A stretch of 64,000 nucleotides of DNA from Phoronis australis (lineage: Eukaryota; Animalia; Phoronida): contig NMRA01000230.1 in NCBI GenBank assembly GCA_002633005.1, positions 1-64,000 of the forward strand, in the 5' to 3' direction. The position numbers and the translations under genes were made by a program. Positions within the stretch are counted from its first letter, which is position 1; each line of letters opens with the position of its first letter. The notes beneath the pieces were generated by a model. It was not told where the DNA came from, searched no databases, and was given only the letters and a program-made list of their open reading frames with translations. Positions 38,587-50,702 of this stretch are shown piece by piece.

Positions 38587-38603
38587 GCCTATACGGGTTC
38601 TAG
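38587..38603 (+). CDS. Secreted compact C-type-lectin-like protein B, exon 4 (C-L-Y-G-F-stop)
   Basis: TTTTGTCTCTTAG|GC CTA TAC GGG TTC TAG. Confidence 0.65.
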
Positions 38604-39022
38604 GCGCTCAAAAGTTTTGATTTGATTTCGTTCATTCACGGTCACCTACATCCATTCGGCTTCAAAGAAGAAACATGTAAAGTAATTAGCATCTCACGAA
38701 GAGTCGTCCTTAACTCTATGCCCTGATATCTGTTTATAATTCCAGGGGATACGAAAGAAAAAAAAGAGAAGGCCTTGTTTCACGGCGAGAGAAAATGGGG
38801 TCGCAAGTAAGCAGACACCAGTAGAAGCTAACTGTGCCAGTCCCAAGCAACCCTCTTTCCCTCGCCCATAAAATCTCGATCCATTCCATTTGGGAGCTCG
38901 TAAATACTAGTTGTATGAATTGAAATCCGATCGGTCAAACCTTTAATAACACAAAAATTAACAGATGCGTACGAATTTAAGGAATGGAACTGAGTCCCAG
39001 ATCTGTAACACATACGTTTACA

Positions 39023-39028
39023 AATAAA
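39023..39028 (+). promoter_or_regulatory. Probable polyadenylation signal of gene B
   Basis: AATAAA conserved in all three paralogous segments. Confidence 0.55.
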
Positions 39029-40788
39029 GTTTAGCTTTAAGCTATATCAATAAGCAGTTTCGGAGTAACTGTATCGAGATATTGAACACGGCTTTGGCTA
39101 ATTAACAGTTGTTTACAACGACTTTTCCATCTAGCGCTCAGAAAGAACATCATCAGGCCGTAGGCGTAGCTCTGACTTGTTCGTCATATGATCATACTTC
39201 CCTTTTCGTGTGTATCCAGATATTATTCGATGTCATACACTCTGTGTCAAAAATGGATACTGCAGTTATTCATTCATTTTTGATGGGTGGTCTTTCACCA
39301 TAGTCACTAGCATGTAATTTTCCCTATGCGGGAGTCACGCTTGCTAGATTTGCACATTTTCTAAGAAGTTTCAAACTTGTTTCAAACTCTTGAAAAGAAG
39401 ACAAGTTATCTCGCTTTGGAACAGCTCGTTATATAGAAATAGTTTACTTGTGTGACTTATAATGACGAATCCTTTTAAGGCCTATCGGGTCATAAATTAA
39501 TCCGACACTTCAGAAATAATATGTACTGTAATCGTTAAATTATCATGTTTGTCTGCAGCTAATACTCGGTTGTGTTATTAAGTGTGACCTCAATATGATT
39601 CCGCAAATATAACTACAATGGAAGGCAATGACTTTGTAATTGTTTTGTCTACTCTGGGGTCTTACCCGAAGGCAAACCATAAAAAATGTATCCACATACG
39701 TCCACGTCACCAGTGTCCCGTTTCAAGAAACTTTTCTTCCGTAATTTAGACCGAAATCAGACTAACATTAAACCAAAATCTCTCAGCAACGTTTCATGAA
39801 ATTTCTTTTAAAACCAAAATTAAGACCGAAATCGATCTAAGCTGAGACCGAAAGTTACCATGGCTACGGAGTAGACTCAAGATTGAACTTTTGGTCTGAA
39901 TGACCAACATTTATCACTCTCAGCACCTTAAACTGCTGAGGAAAAAATTTCGTTGATATTTTCATAATCTAATGTCGCTATAAACACTATCAAACTGGAG
40001 ATCGTTTGCTTCCGATAGGTTAGTACCGGCAACGCGACTCGTTGAGACAAGGCAGTGGGGCTTACCTTTACATGTAATACGATATTTTCCAGCCATTCCA
40101 GGGTATTGTTCTAAAACCCCTCGACACCCAAACCCCACGACCCCGTCGACCCACAACCCCCACCACCACGATCCACAACACCCTCGACACACGACCTGTG
40201 GCAAAAGGTTATCTGCGCTTTTTACGCATATTGAGTCACTGTATGACTTTCGAATAAGACTGAGCTACACGCGATTCTGCGCTGGCTCAAGTCTCGTAGT
40301 TAAAAACAGAAACTGAAGTAAGAACATGATCTGAAATAGCAGATTGTGAGCGTGCTATCCTTGTCAAGGAAATTGTTCCACGAACGGCTACCAATGGCCC
40401 CCTTTCTCTAAACTTAGGGAGATAGAACGTTGACGTGAATGGTCATAATTTTTCATTTCTGTTATTTGCTTTCTGCTGTATAGTCGTTTACAATAAACTA
40501 AATGTAGCTTTGAGATACTATTTTAGTAACAGTTTGCCTTTGAAACTGTATTTACCGATGAAATTACATATTCGTCGTTTCCTGGCCCTTTCCCCAAAAA
40601 GCTTGGATCTGCCATTTACTGAAGAGCAGACTGACGAGTCGATTGCACTCTGCCAGGAACGACATTTGTAAGGTTGATAGGTCTTCAGTTTGATTTGGTC
40701 GCGCTGTTGTTTTCGTTTTTGGCTTTCAAACTTGCCGAATCGATTCTCTTAATTGCGAAAGAAAAAACAGGTGAAGGCCAGCTGAGCG

Positions 40789-41228
40789 CATGATCACCAC
40801 TTCCCTGCAGACAGTCGACTAAAGTCAACATTAGACTCCGAAAGCAAATTTCCTACCAAATTCAAAAATGTGGTCCAAAAGTACTGTCAACCAACTAGTT
40901 TTTATTTGCAAATGTGGCTTGTTTGAGGGCTACCTGAAATCGCGGCCAATTTTTCAGTTGCTACACAGCAATGCACAACTGCAAGAGGGGGCCACCATTT
41001 TGAAGAAGAGTGCAGCTACAGCCGAGAAAGTGCCCTTTTTGATTTTCAGCATGTTCACAAATACAAACAAACCAAATTCACTTGACTTACATACAACACC
41101 TAACTAAAAATGCCCCCAAGCCTGGCCTACCCCTAGATTTTAATATTTTTGGGAGTGCAAACTGGCCACGGCCGCAGTCTAACTGTTCAGTGCCACCTAA
41201 ACAACCTGGATATTAAATCTTAAAACTG
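40789..41228 (+). repeat. Breakpoint duplication, inverted copy of 29063-29500
   Basis: Right part of the Kolobok element plus flank; both copies share the junction GCCACCTAAACAACCTGGATATT, which lacks ~50 bp present in copy A. Confidence 0.9.
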
Positions 41229-41554
41229 TGTTGGTAATGAACCACAGAGACGTAGAAAAATACATCAGAGAACAAGTCAATGCACCAAAGAGTTGTCTGA
41301 CGAAAGGGTATAAGCTTTTTTTGGAAAACTAGGTTCGAAACATGAAAAGTAAATATGACCCCAACTGCGGCGAAAGTAGTGTTACGTATTAGGTATTATG
41401 CTGAATGCAGGGTTACGTTTCTTCTTGTAAACTGTCGATAAAAAATGCTTTCTACACGAACCAGGTCATCTGCTTGCATTGTTGAGGAGTTGAAGATGTA
41501 TTCGACAGTGGTGGCTCATCGCATTTTTCTCTCATGTTCAATTAGATAAATCCA

Positions 41555-41792
41555 CGGCTAGATGGTAACAAATGACAGAGGTCCACAAAAATGCTGTAAA
41601 ATAAGATTAAGGTCCTTTGAAGACACATGCTGGAATAAAGGTCCCCAATGACTTAATTAAGATTTTTCTGTAGGAGTCACGTGACAACATGTGAAACCTG
41701 CCTCAAGTACGTTTAATGACCTTTGCGATAACGCATGATACTTTTAGAAAAAATAAAAAACAAAACCAATATTGCGGGCAAGCGATCATCAG
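41555..41792 (+). repeat. Duplicated block (paralog ~55980-56220) with a 46-bp identical core; possible 33-nt micro-exon 41674-41706
   Basis: TGTAG|GAGTCACGTGACAACATGTGAAACCTGCCTCAA|GTACGTTT is identical in both copies while the flanks are clearly diverged. Confidence 0.8.
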
Positions 41793-43251
41793 TTAATGGA
41801 AAACCACAGTTATCATATACATGTATTGACAATTGGTATGCACTACGCCTGTAGAATTAAGGAGAGCTCATTTTGTAGTTGTTCAAACACGATACTTGGA
41901 TTTATGAAGCTTTAACTACAATTCTAGTTATTTTTGTAAATGGCCACTTTTTGCCACTACACCAGACTTGCCATCTTTTGTTACGATACCACAGCTTAGT
42001 GAGCATGATACGTTTAAAATTAAATGCAAACTACCTTTACGCAATGAAACTACAAAAAATATAAAGTTCGTCATCAGGTTTGTCTTTATGGTGCATTGAA
42101 TTACGGCCTATTCCATGCGTTGATTTGACTTTTGGTGACAGCCCTAGACCTACCGGAACTACCGTAACTACTTGCCTAGGATAAGATTAGTATGTGCCCG
42201 AGCTACGAACCTGATTTTTTCAATCAAAATATTTCACTCGAAGATTAGAAAAGTATAAACAGTGCTATCAACTCAACCTACTTTACTTAGAGAATACAAT
42301 CAGATGTGACCTACTGTTCATTTGGCGGAATTTAGCAGACGGCAGAATAAAAATATCGGCAAATCTTCACTGATTTTGTTCGAAATATCCTGAAATCTAT
42401 GACATCGTACAGATAATTCGACTTTAAAGTCCTGGTCTCACACGTTGTTAACCCTTATTACATGGTTAGAGGATGTTCTAAGGATCCAAGAAGTACCTAT
42501 CCCATAACTAATACACGATACGTACTCGAAAAAAGTTTAAATTAACGCGCCACTCAAGATTCGCACCCGCAGAACAATCGCCATTTTGTACTTGCCGCGA
42601 ACCCGGAAGTACAATTCATTCAGGAACCCAGGCTAAGAAAACGCCGTCAGTGTGAATGGACGAGTGCCTGTTACTAGCCTGCAAACGGGGATAAAATAAT
42701 GGACAGCGCGCCTTAATTTTGATAAAATCAAAATACAGACAATTTTATCGAATTTGCTGAAGAAATGTGTCGCATAAATTTTGACAGAAATTATTTACCG
42801 GACTCGGGACCGCAGCCTATTGGACTCGGTGCGGATCGAGACAAGACACTGACGAACGGTAAAGGCATGCGGTTGCAAGCTGTTTTGTCGAAGTAAAATG
42901 TTCAAATCATAAATGCTATATACATGTATATTCAAAGGTAGTTTCAGACACTCGCATAAAATTACGCGCTGGTTAATCCTGTGTCACACTGCCGCGGCAG
43001 CACTTAGCTGGCCTCAGTGCCAGCTACCAGTATGAAGACTACCGTCAAAATACAGCTAGCTTGTTTGTAGGCCCATACAGCTTTGGGCCAAGGTTACCCT
43101 TAAGCCTACCTGGTCGCTGGCCACAGCGCTCGCTCAAACGAGGTTTATTCAGAACTTGGGTACTTCTGGCTAACTGTGCAAAGTTGTTGGTTTCCAACAG
43201 AGATTTTCCCAGACTTTGTATGAGCGCACCAAGCGTAAAAAATGGGGGCTG

Positions 43252-43409
43252 CAGGGGCGGATCCAGGATTTTGAGTAAAGGGGGGGGGCAGGACACAGGA
43301 TTAGCCAGGAATTTCTCTTTAGACATTCGCACCCCCAAACTGCCAAATGTAATCTGGGAGAATTTTAGGGGGGTCATGGCCCCTTGGCCCCCCTCTAAGT
43401 CCGCCACTG
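43252..43409. mobile_element. hAT-like MITE, 5-bp TSD GGCTG
   Basis: CAGGGGCGGATCCAGG...TAAGTCCGCCACTG; GGCTG at 43247-43251 and 43410-43414. Confidence 0.88.
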
Positions 43410-45619
43410 GGCTGGAATTTTTGGGAATATCTATCTTTTACTATAAGATTCACTGGGTATGTTCAAAGTTATGAATTGCAGATGCTAAATTTTGGTACTT
43501 CCTGTCTTCTAGTGGACTATCGTCTCGTTTTCTACATTCGTCGGAGTTCGTGCTTCTCTGACTGAGTCAGACCTTTTTCCATTTCTCCAAATAGGGGGCT
43601 CGTTGGAGCACATCAGTATGACAAGTCCAATGCAAAATCTTATCATTTTTTATTAATTAAGAAAAAATGATTCAACCTTTGAACATAATAAGTAACTTAA
43701 AATACACAATACTTTGCAACATTTAGCATTACGAACACTATTCAACAGCAAACGTTTCCACGATGTGAAAGTGGACATACATGTAACTATTACCATGGTG
43801 ACCGAATAGTGTTTCCTTACACCAGAATTTGACAAGCATGATTAAAAAATATGAAGTTGCACGGAACAAGAATTGGAGGCTTGAAGCTTCACAATCCAAC
43901 ATAGCTTATTTCTCAAAATTAAGATTATTCATAATGTTGACTTGATAACCTGAGTTAAGAAGCAATAAGTTACAAAACATGACTTGAAAGCAATTGAGAC
44001 TTAAAATTTAGAAAAATATGAATCATTTTGTGACACCTAATCAAGCCTTGAACAGCAGTTGATAGTCAAACAAAAAACCTTTCAAAATTATTTCAACTAT
44101 TGTTTTAGCTTAGTGTAAGATCACCTGAATGGGAAATTCACAGTAAAATAATTCGAATTATCTTATATTTTGCACCAAAAATCACGAAAATTGAACAAAG
44201 TTCCTTTTTTGTAGCAACGTTTGTCAAAATGTATCAACGTTAAATCTTCACAAATTACAAAGTAACAGGTTGAACATGCCTTCCAGTTCAACAAAAGACG
44301 CCATGTTGTCGGTGCCGCCAGACATGAGACAAGTCCAACGGGAATTGTTAGCACATGTATCACTTAATGAGTAACAACTGCGAGGCTGAAATTTGGTGAA
44401 CACTGTTGAATCGTGCAGAATAGTTAGTAAAGGTATGTCTCACTAAAATTCACCGTAAATTGTTGGCGAAAACAATTTACACAAAGTTTTAAACTCGTAA
44501 CTTTTACCGCTGTCCTCCAATATGGCCAACACGATCCAAGCAAAGTGACCTAAATTTCGCCACAAAAATTGCAATAACTTTACAGTGCTTGCCCCGATTT
44601 TGATACTTTTTCGTTTTTTACTGAGTAGAATGCACTACCTTTCCGATGATAGCAAAGCACTTTTTTAAAAGGAGAAAAAATCAAAACGGAAAAAATTGGT
44701 TCGACGCATATTGGTTCCTAGGTTCGACCGCCCTACGTAAGGAACTAAACACCAATGCTATTTTAACATAATATGTACGTGTAACATTCCAAAAAAATTC
44801 AACTACCACTAACTACAAACTATAAATACACTAAACACACACACGAATCACGAGATATTATTAATAAAACCAAATAATGAAGAGTTTTCTAGCAAGCGAT
44901 AGCACATTTAGTTACAAGGAAAACATGGCGATGTTCAGGAGAAGTTCCTGAACTGATGAGCCGGAATATCCGAGTATTGTCGTACTCCCACAGTTTTCAT
45001 TCCCCGGGTCCACAGGCTTCATAGTTCCGATAACTTAGCGTCGTGGCCGAGGCGTCCGCAGATTTTCAGTGCCAGTGTCTTTAACACCGGGGACCTGATC
45101 CTATTCAAAGGTGTTGGTGTTATTGCAACATTATTGCATCGAGTTTCACATTTTACCTTTTGTGTAAAATATTTATGTTATGGTTTCAGACATCACGACC
45201 ATCATTTGCTATTCATTTTTAAGCATAGGGTATTTTCTTCAGCTTATCGAGGTCCTCATGATAAGTTCGAAAGCTTTTGTCAAATCTTTTACTTTTCGTC
45301 TTTAAACTTTTCTACCACTGAAAAATGGACATCAGCATCTGCTTGTCAGCTCACAAATGGACGATAAAACAGTTATTGTATGGTGACTACGATCTATTAT
45401 TCTTATATTACAACCATTAAATTATCCTTTAACAACATTTCGTTACATAAGCTTATTCAAGCGAAATGTGTATACTTCAGTAAAAGTTTGGAGTCAATAT
45501 TCAACAATGTAATGGGTCTTCAAAAATCTTATGACGGATACATGTGGTGTTCTCTACATTCGCATTACAAACGTTTCTACTTCGGATCCTGGATCACCAA
45601 TAGGGTTTGCACCTAGGAG

Positions 45620-45785
45620 AGGGTGAGGCTGGGTTTGAGCTCTGAACTCCCGTTTGGGAAGCGAGTTAAAATCCCGGCTTTACTGGCCGACAATCGAGCA
45701 TTGCACAAAGGTGTCTCCTACTGCCCTGAGCTCGGTCTTGCTAGTGAGTAAGTGAAGGTCTGTATGTAAGCGAATAAATAAAAAC
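45620..45785 (+). mobile_element. Degenerate SINE-like repeat related to 50703-50940
   Basis: Shared TGAGCTCT..CCCGTTTGGGA..TTACTGG..GACAATCGAGC.TTGCACAAAG..TGAGCTCG; A-rich tail. Confidence 0.6.
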
Positions 45786-48700
45786 TCCTTCGGAATACTC
45801 AACTTTGAGTGTGAAGTGTAAAGAAGTGAGAGAAAATCTATGACACCTGACCAAAGTATACCAAATCTCCTGTTATGTTTGGAACTATGAGATACAAACG
45901 CGTGACCATCCCAATCTAACTGCCAATCAGACAATTCCACTTCCGAACTTCAGCTTTCCTGCATCGACATTCTTTAAGGAATCTAAACATGACTTTTTTC
46001 ATTGTACAATCCCCCGGAATTGAAAGTAATACCCGAAACCTTTATCCACAGGCTGAGATTAGTTGTTCTAAACCTAATTTGTAAGCTCGACGTGAGTGTG
46101 GCTCGAGATAAAAATGCTAAAATAAGAAAACCTTGTGAGTGCGACGCGAGATTAATCAGGGCATAAAAGTTATACGCCGTATAGCAGCAATAACGTCGCA
46201 TTATCACACGTCACGTTGTTATTGTTGAACAATAAACCTGACGACATGCAGCAATCACACTTATCCATCGGAAAATTTTGAACTCTTGTGTAACCCAGCC
46301 CAGATGTTTAGTGATGGCGCGCACTGTGTCTGCAACTAATGTGATGCGAATTGAACCTAATAAAAATAGAAATGCATATCACAGTTTCATTTGTTTACAG
46401 GAATTGAACATGTTCTGATCCAGGTAGCAGCAGGGGCAATTTACCACTGGAATTTTTCACAAATTAAAAATTTTGTTGTGGTCTGACAGCGGTTAGACCT
46501 ATTGTAGGCCTACGCACCCGGGGAGTTCAGTGGTACCCGGCTGCATGAAACAGCCCCGGATAGGAACTCAACTAAGTTCCTTAAATTAATCTACTGCGTA
46601 TTTCTGGGCTTGTGAAAACACTGCTTGTCCTTCCTTACGCTTGAATTTGAACTAATACAGGAGGTTGGACGTATTGTCTAAATGACTAAAGGTTAGGACT
46701 ATTATCAGTGTAGGGTTTCGAGGAAAAGTTTTTGTTGACGTTATACCCAATTTAATGCCCTAAATTATTTCGAATTGAAAATCTACTTTCGATTCGAGAA
46801 CCGGCAAAGTCAGTATACTGACAGTGCAGGGCGACTTACCAGCACATTTGAAATGATATTTTCTAGACATACGTGTACCAAAGACCGTACCTATTGGTGT
46901 TTGGCCATATCAGGGTCGTCTAAGACAAACGAGATCCCAATTGTATTCAAAATGTAAATAAATTCTCTTTTTGAACTGTTTCAAGTCCAACATTATTCTT
47001 GAAACCGTATTTCACAGACTGCCCTTACATTCTTGTGAATTTTCGACAGGAGGCGAAAGCGTAGTTTGTATGCTCACCTGCATCGAAAACTGACTTAATT
47101 TCAATTTAAGTTAAGACCAAAGACTAAAATTGGACTTTGCGTTCATGAAACAGTTTCTTTTTTAATTTTCGCCTTTGGTCTTAATTTAGTCCAAATTTTG
47201 GTCTTAACTTAGGCCTTAAGCCTAAAGTCAGTTTTAAAGAAGCAAACCCCAAAAATTAAGTTATGACCGAAGAAGAAAATTCAGGAAAAATGTTCCACCA
47301 ACGCTAAGTATGTTTTTTGTCTTCGGTCTTAACTTGAACAGAAATTAAGTCTAGTTTTGACACAATTGAGCATACAAACTACGGTTTCACCACATGTAGC
47401 GAATTCACAAAACTAATTGTGCCGGTGTAGTGAAAGACGGTTTCAAGGACAATCTTGGTCTAAAAACTCAAAACGAGGTAAGGATTGTGAATTTGTTCAC
47501 ATGAGGTCTTGGAATGGCTGGAAAAATATCATGTCACATGTGTACCGGGTAAGGTCCACTGCTATGTCTCTACGAGTCAATGCCGCTTTGCCGGTACTAA
47601 CCAATCGAAAGCAAGCAATGCTAAATTTGGCATTGTTTATAGCAACTTTAGATGATGAAACTATCGACGAAAATGATTCCTCAGTTATTTAAAGTGATGA
47701 GAGTATTGAATTTTGGCCATTTAGACCCAAAGTCCAATCTTAAGCCTACTTCGTAGAATGCTAACTTTCAGTCTTACATGTAGCTTTACCGATTTCGGTA
47801 AGTTTGGCTTTAGAAGAAATTTCAGGACACCTGGCTAAGACATTTTGAGTGGAAGTTGATCTAACAGAAAACGTTTCATGAAGCGGGACAGTGGCGAAAT
47901 GGGTGTATGTGGATACACTTTTGATGGCAAACCCCAGAATAAACAAAATAAGTACAAAGTCTTCGCTTTCAATCGTAGTTATATTTGCGGAATCATGTTC
48001 ATTGTCACACTTTGTAACATCACCAAGTCTCAGCGGCAGAGCAGACATACATGATGTTTTAACGATTACAGTACATGTTATTTCTGAAGAACCGGATTAA
48101 TTTGTGACCCTCTAGCATTTGAAAGGATTCACGATTATAAGACACACAGATATATAACGTGCTGTTTAAGAACGCGATACCCCGTCTCCTTTTCAAGAGC
48201 TTGAATTAAGCTTGAAAACATCTTAAAAAGTGTGCAAATCTAGCAAGCGTGACTCCTGCTTTAGGAAACTTACACTTCAGTGGCTATAGTGAAAGATCAT
48301 TCATCAAAGAAAAAACAAAATACAGCATCAATTTTTTTACGCAGAGAGTAAGACAACGAAATTTATCTCGTTACACGCGAAAGATGAAGTTATCTCCCCG
48401 GACATGCTCATATGATGAACAGGTCGGAGCTAGGCCTACTGCCTGACGATTTTCTTTTTGAGAGCTAGATTGGACGTTGTAAACATCTGTTAATTAGCCA
48501 AAAATTGGTTAGATATCTCGTTACAGTAACAATGATGTTGCTTATTGATGTAGCCTAGTTAAACTTTATTCTTAAACACGTTTTTAAGCATCTGTTAATT
48601 TTTGTAGGACGTAACTCTTGACCGCTCGAATTTCAATTCATCCATCTGGTATTTCCGAGCTTCCAAATGGAACGGATCGAGTTCTTATGGGAGATGGAAA

Positions 48701-49105
48701 GAAGATTGCTTGAGACTGTGTCGGTGAACTTCTGCTGTCGTCTGCTTACCGGAAACCCCATTTATTCTCGATGTGAGACAACGCAATCTTTTTTTCTTCT
48801 TTCGAATCCCCTGGAATTAAAAAAAATATCAGAGCAAAGGTTTAAGGGCCACTCCTCGCGAAATGACGATCACTTGACATGTCAGTCTCGTCTCAGCCTC
48901 AAGATGGCGCTGGTCGCAACTGTCCGGCCTAGTACACCGGCACAATCGTTTTCCGGTTTTTTTGTTTCTTTAATCCTCCGCATATTTTTCGGTAGAACGT
49001 CCCCACTGCCAGGCATTCGAGCCTCCCTAGATTTTTGCCTGAATGCGTGCATCCAACCGAGCTTTGCGCGATTGCCAGAGAAAAAAAAGTGTTAGGCATC
49101 ACCCT

Positions 49106-49852
49106 TGTCACGTCCGCGTGTGTGGGTGGGCGCACATGGTCACCAAGCGGTGCAAAAACATGCAGCTTTCGGTGTGACGATAGACTGAAGACTTGTTCTA
49201 GTTAAACCTTTATTAATCTCGACCGTACGTTCACAAGCCTACTTAAACAAAACGTCCGACGTAATGTCTGTCCTATGCTCCAGCCAGTGCTACGAAGCCT
49301 TGACTTGTGTTGAACCTCTGAGACACCTTCAGAAACCGTTACACTCGTTGATTCAATAACCCGCTGCCTTTATAGCTGGCTCGTAAATGACTCTCGCTGT
49401 AACTGCTAATTCTCTTTAGTGTAACTCAACTATAACTCCAACTGCTGAACTCTTGAACTGCTTGGCTCTGTTCTTTTTAACTGACTCATACAAACCCGTG
49501 CTTGGGTATTTATAGACTAATGCAATGTTCTAGAACTTTTCATCAATTCAAGCACATGCCAGAACTTTCTCGAATCCACCCAATCATTCTACAGACGTAC
49601 ACTAAGTCTCTAGAATATTCCAGACTGCATTAATTACTGACATGCTAGAATCTTCTAGAAAGCTCCACGCTATACTGCAGTAAACAAATTACATCACTGT
49701 ACTGAACTCAGTCTTTTAGAAAGTTCCATACTAGTGTGCAGACGGTAAACAAATTACATCATCACTGTACTTCACTCAGGGGTTATGTCAATCAAACAAA
49801 ACAACAAAACAAAACAATACAACTAAAAACAGTGTCAGTCTATATTCTGACA
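49106..49852 (-). mobile_element. Solo LTR (~747 bp)
   Basis: TGTCA...TGACA ends; flanks ACCCT/CCCCT; minus-strand TATAAATA (49507-49514) and AATAAA (~49209-49214). Confidence 0.8.
49527..49727. promoter_or_regulatory. Cluster of heat-shock elements (alternating nGAAn) in the LTR U3
   Basis: Perfect triplets aGAAc-tTTCt-cGAAt (49561-49575) and aGAAt-cTTCt-aGAAa (49647-49661); near-perfect arrays at 49527, 49607 and 49713. Confidence 0.7.
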
Positions 49853-50370
49853 CCCCTTATGATATCCTAGATCCGCCACTGTGAAGACTATTTTAAACAC
49901 AACAACTTTTGCTACGAACTGGCTGCACAAAATATAAAGTGTGTAATAAGCATTATGGAAAGAAGCAAGTTGGAGCGCAAACGATGTGGACCATAAACAA
50001 ATATGTCTCCTAGCAAGGAAATAAAATTGAAAGCGTGGTGGCGAAGTGGGCTGTGGAAGGGTCCGTGCAGTGTGGCAGGGTCCGTGCAGTGTGGTAGGCA
50101 GGTCGTGAGTTCAATTCCGAGGTATTTACAGTTTTTCTAATTTACACCTTTTCAGTGTTTGTTTTCTTTGATAATACTTCAGAAATCAAGGAAAGTGCTT
50201 CTTTCTAGAGGCAAAACTATAATTTTCTCCTGGACGGTAGGGGATGAGCCCACCTCCCGGCCTCCTCCAGTCAGTGCTATGCAGCTCCACAATCATGCCT
50301 TACGCTATTGTACTGTATAGAGACAAAATGTTGCCCCCCCCCCCCTTATGATATCCTAGATTCGCCACTG
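49853..50370. mobile_element. Right-end fragments of the 37131-type hAT MITE (two right TIRs)
   Basis: CCCCTTATGATATCCTAGAT(C/T)CGCCACTG ends at both 49881 and 50370; the interior aligns to 37400-37846. Confidence 0.75.
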
Positions 50371-50702
50371 TCGCTAACAAGAGGCATCCAGGATACAACC
50401 TGTATACACGAACGCCATTATCTGATCTAAGCAATATGTATCAAATTCAACTGCTCACCGGAAGACTACCCCCAATTAACAATTTGCTCATGCAAACCTT
50501 ACATCAAATGAAAGTAACGAAATGTGTGACCCCGTTAATTGGGAATGCTGATATGGTTTAAAGTTTTGTGCTGCTGTCAGAAGCTCTAGAGGGCAGGTCT
50601 TGTTACATGGGCGTGACGGGTGTGATATTGCAAGTCCAATATTTACTTCCGTGCCCCTTTGTGTTATTTTCACTTGATACGAGGTCAGTGTGAGGTTGCG
50701 CA

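Larger units (their letters stand above)
27881..41430. repeat. Segmental duplication copy B with internal inversion (29063-40790)
   Basis: 27881-28880 is direct to A 10724-11755; 29063-40790 is inverted to A ~19720-11760; 40789-41430 is direct to A 19235-19915. Confidence 0.93.

Noticed and set aside
10724-41430. Copies A and B as uncollapsed haplotypes (assembly artefact)
   Set aside because: Not excluded without read depth, but the internal inversion with a diverged breakpoint duplication, distinct TE content and an older third copy favour real paralogy
43045-43474. Overlapping 120-aa and 137-aa ORFs
   Set aside because: Span a GC-rich MITE with TSD; chance open frames
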